DNA of 63,943 nucleotides, counting the filler, from Sphacelaria rigidula (Eukaryota): assembly GCA_964200075.2 (NCBI GenBank). It is 8 parts of 8 records of this genome, joined end to end, with 100 filler letters (N's around TTAATTAATTAA, not from the genome) between each part and the next. Parts side by side here need not be neighbours in the genome. Positions count along the whole stretch, not along the records: positions 56,039 to 63,943 come from CAXNAA020013027.1; 7 more parts are not named here. One strand, written 5' to 3'. Positions 63,452 to 63,943 of this stretch are shown in pieces. The translations under genes were made by a program, and so were the position numbers. Within the stretch, counting starts at the first letter, position 1, and each line of letters opens with the position of its first letter. Under the pieces are notes generated by a model. That model was not told the origin of the DNA and did no database searches. It saw only the letters and a program-made list of their open reading frames with translations.

Positions 63452-63943
63452 TTGAGAACAGAGAAAAGGAGTTGAATGGCATGGACTGATGGAAGGTTTG
63501 ATTAACTCTTTTGGGACCGGACCTCCACTGACACAGGGTTGACCCTGTGTTAGTGGAATAATAAAAAATAAGTCTTCGAGCGAACTACCCAATCACAGCG
63601 AGGCGAAATTCATCGACCAGCGCGGGGATTGCTGCCGGATGTGATGCCACTGCAAAGATCGTGTGGGGCCCTATCCCTGGCCCAGATAAGCCGTTTCCGA
63701 ATGCAGGGTGGTCGCAGCTCGGTTTTATGGTATTACTTGCACTCAGTATACCGTTCCCGAGTTTTTCCGGAGCGTTTTTGGGTCCCAGATCTATACTAAA
63801 ACGTAGTTATTTACGCTAACACAGGGTGGGCCGGAAAAACTCGGGAAGGAGTGTACATGCTACCATGTGGTCATTTTCACGAGGCATAAAATCCAGATGG
63901 GCTGTGGAAAGGCAAGAGGAGCCACCGTAGTGAATTCTGCGCA

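Overview
Eukaryotic, repeat-rich, intron-rich genomic DNA. It is inferred to be a brown alga (Phaeophyceae) from the long TE-filled introns, stramenopile-type Gypsy/LINE relics and splice-site style; this was not confirmed by any search. The window is NOT one locus. It is eight contigs of 7906, 7906, 7906, 7905, 7905, 7905, 7905 and 7905 nt joined by identical 100-nt artificial linkers (44 N + TTAATTAATTAA + 44 N), so no gene-neighbourhood inference can cross a linker. Three host genes can be spliced from the sequence: a complete 3-exon RPL34 (contig 1, minus strand), the last four exons of CLP1 (contig 7, minus) and the first two coding exons of a DWDDT-type HAD-superfamily protein (contig 8, plus). 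The rest is transposon-derived. It includes a fairly young Ty3/Gypsy-like gag-protease region with an RS-rich N-terminus, a CCCH (not CCHC) zinc finger and an in-frame TGA between gag and protease. It also includes a LINE split by a nested insertion, old Copia/Gypsy relics, tRNA-derived SINEs (one with a triplicated head), ~98-bp piggyBac-type MITEs chained through TTAA sites, other MITEs and fold-backs, and a long decayed ORF of unrecognised family. I found no convincing novel multi-gene system. The best leads are the unusual Gag, the TTAA-chained mini-elements and the unassigned decayed ORFs.
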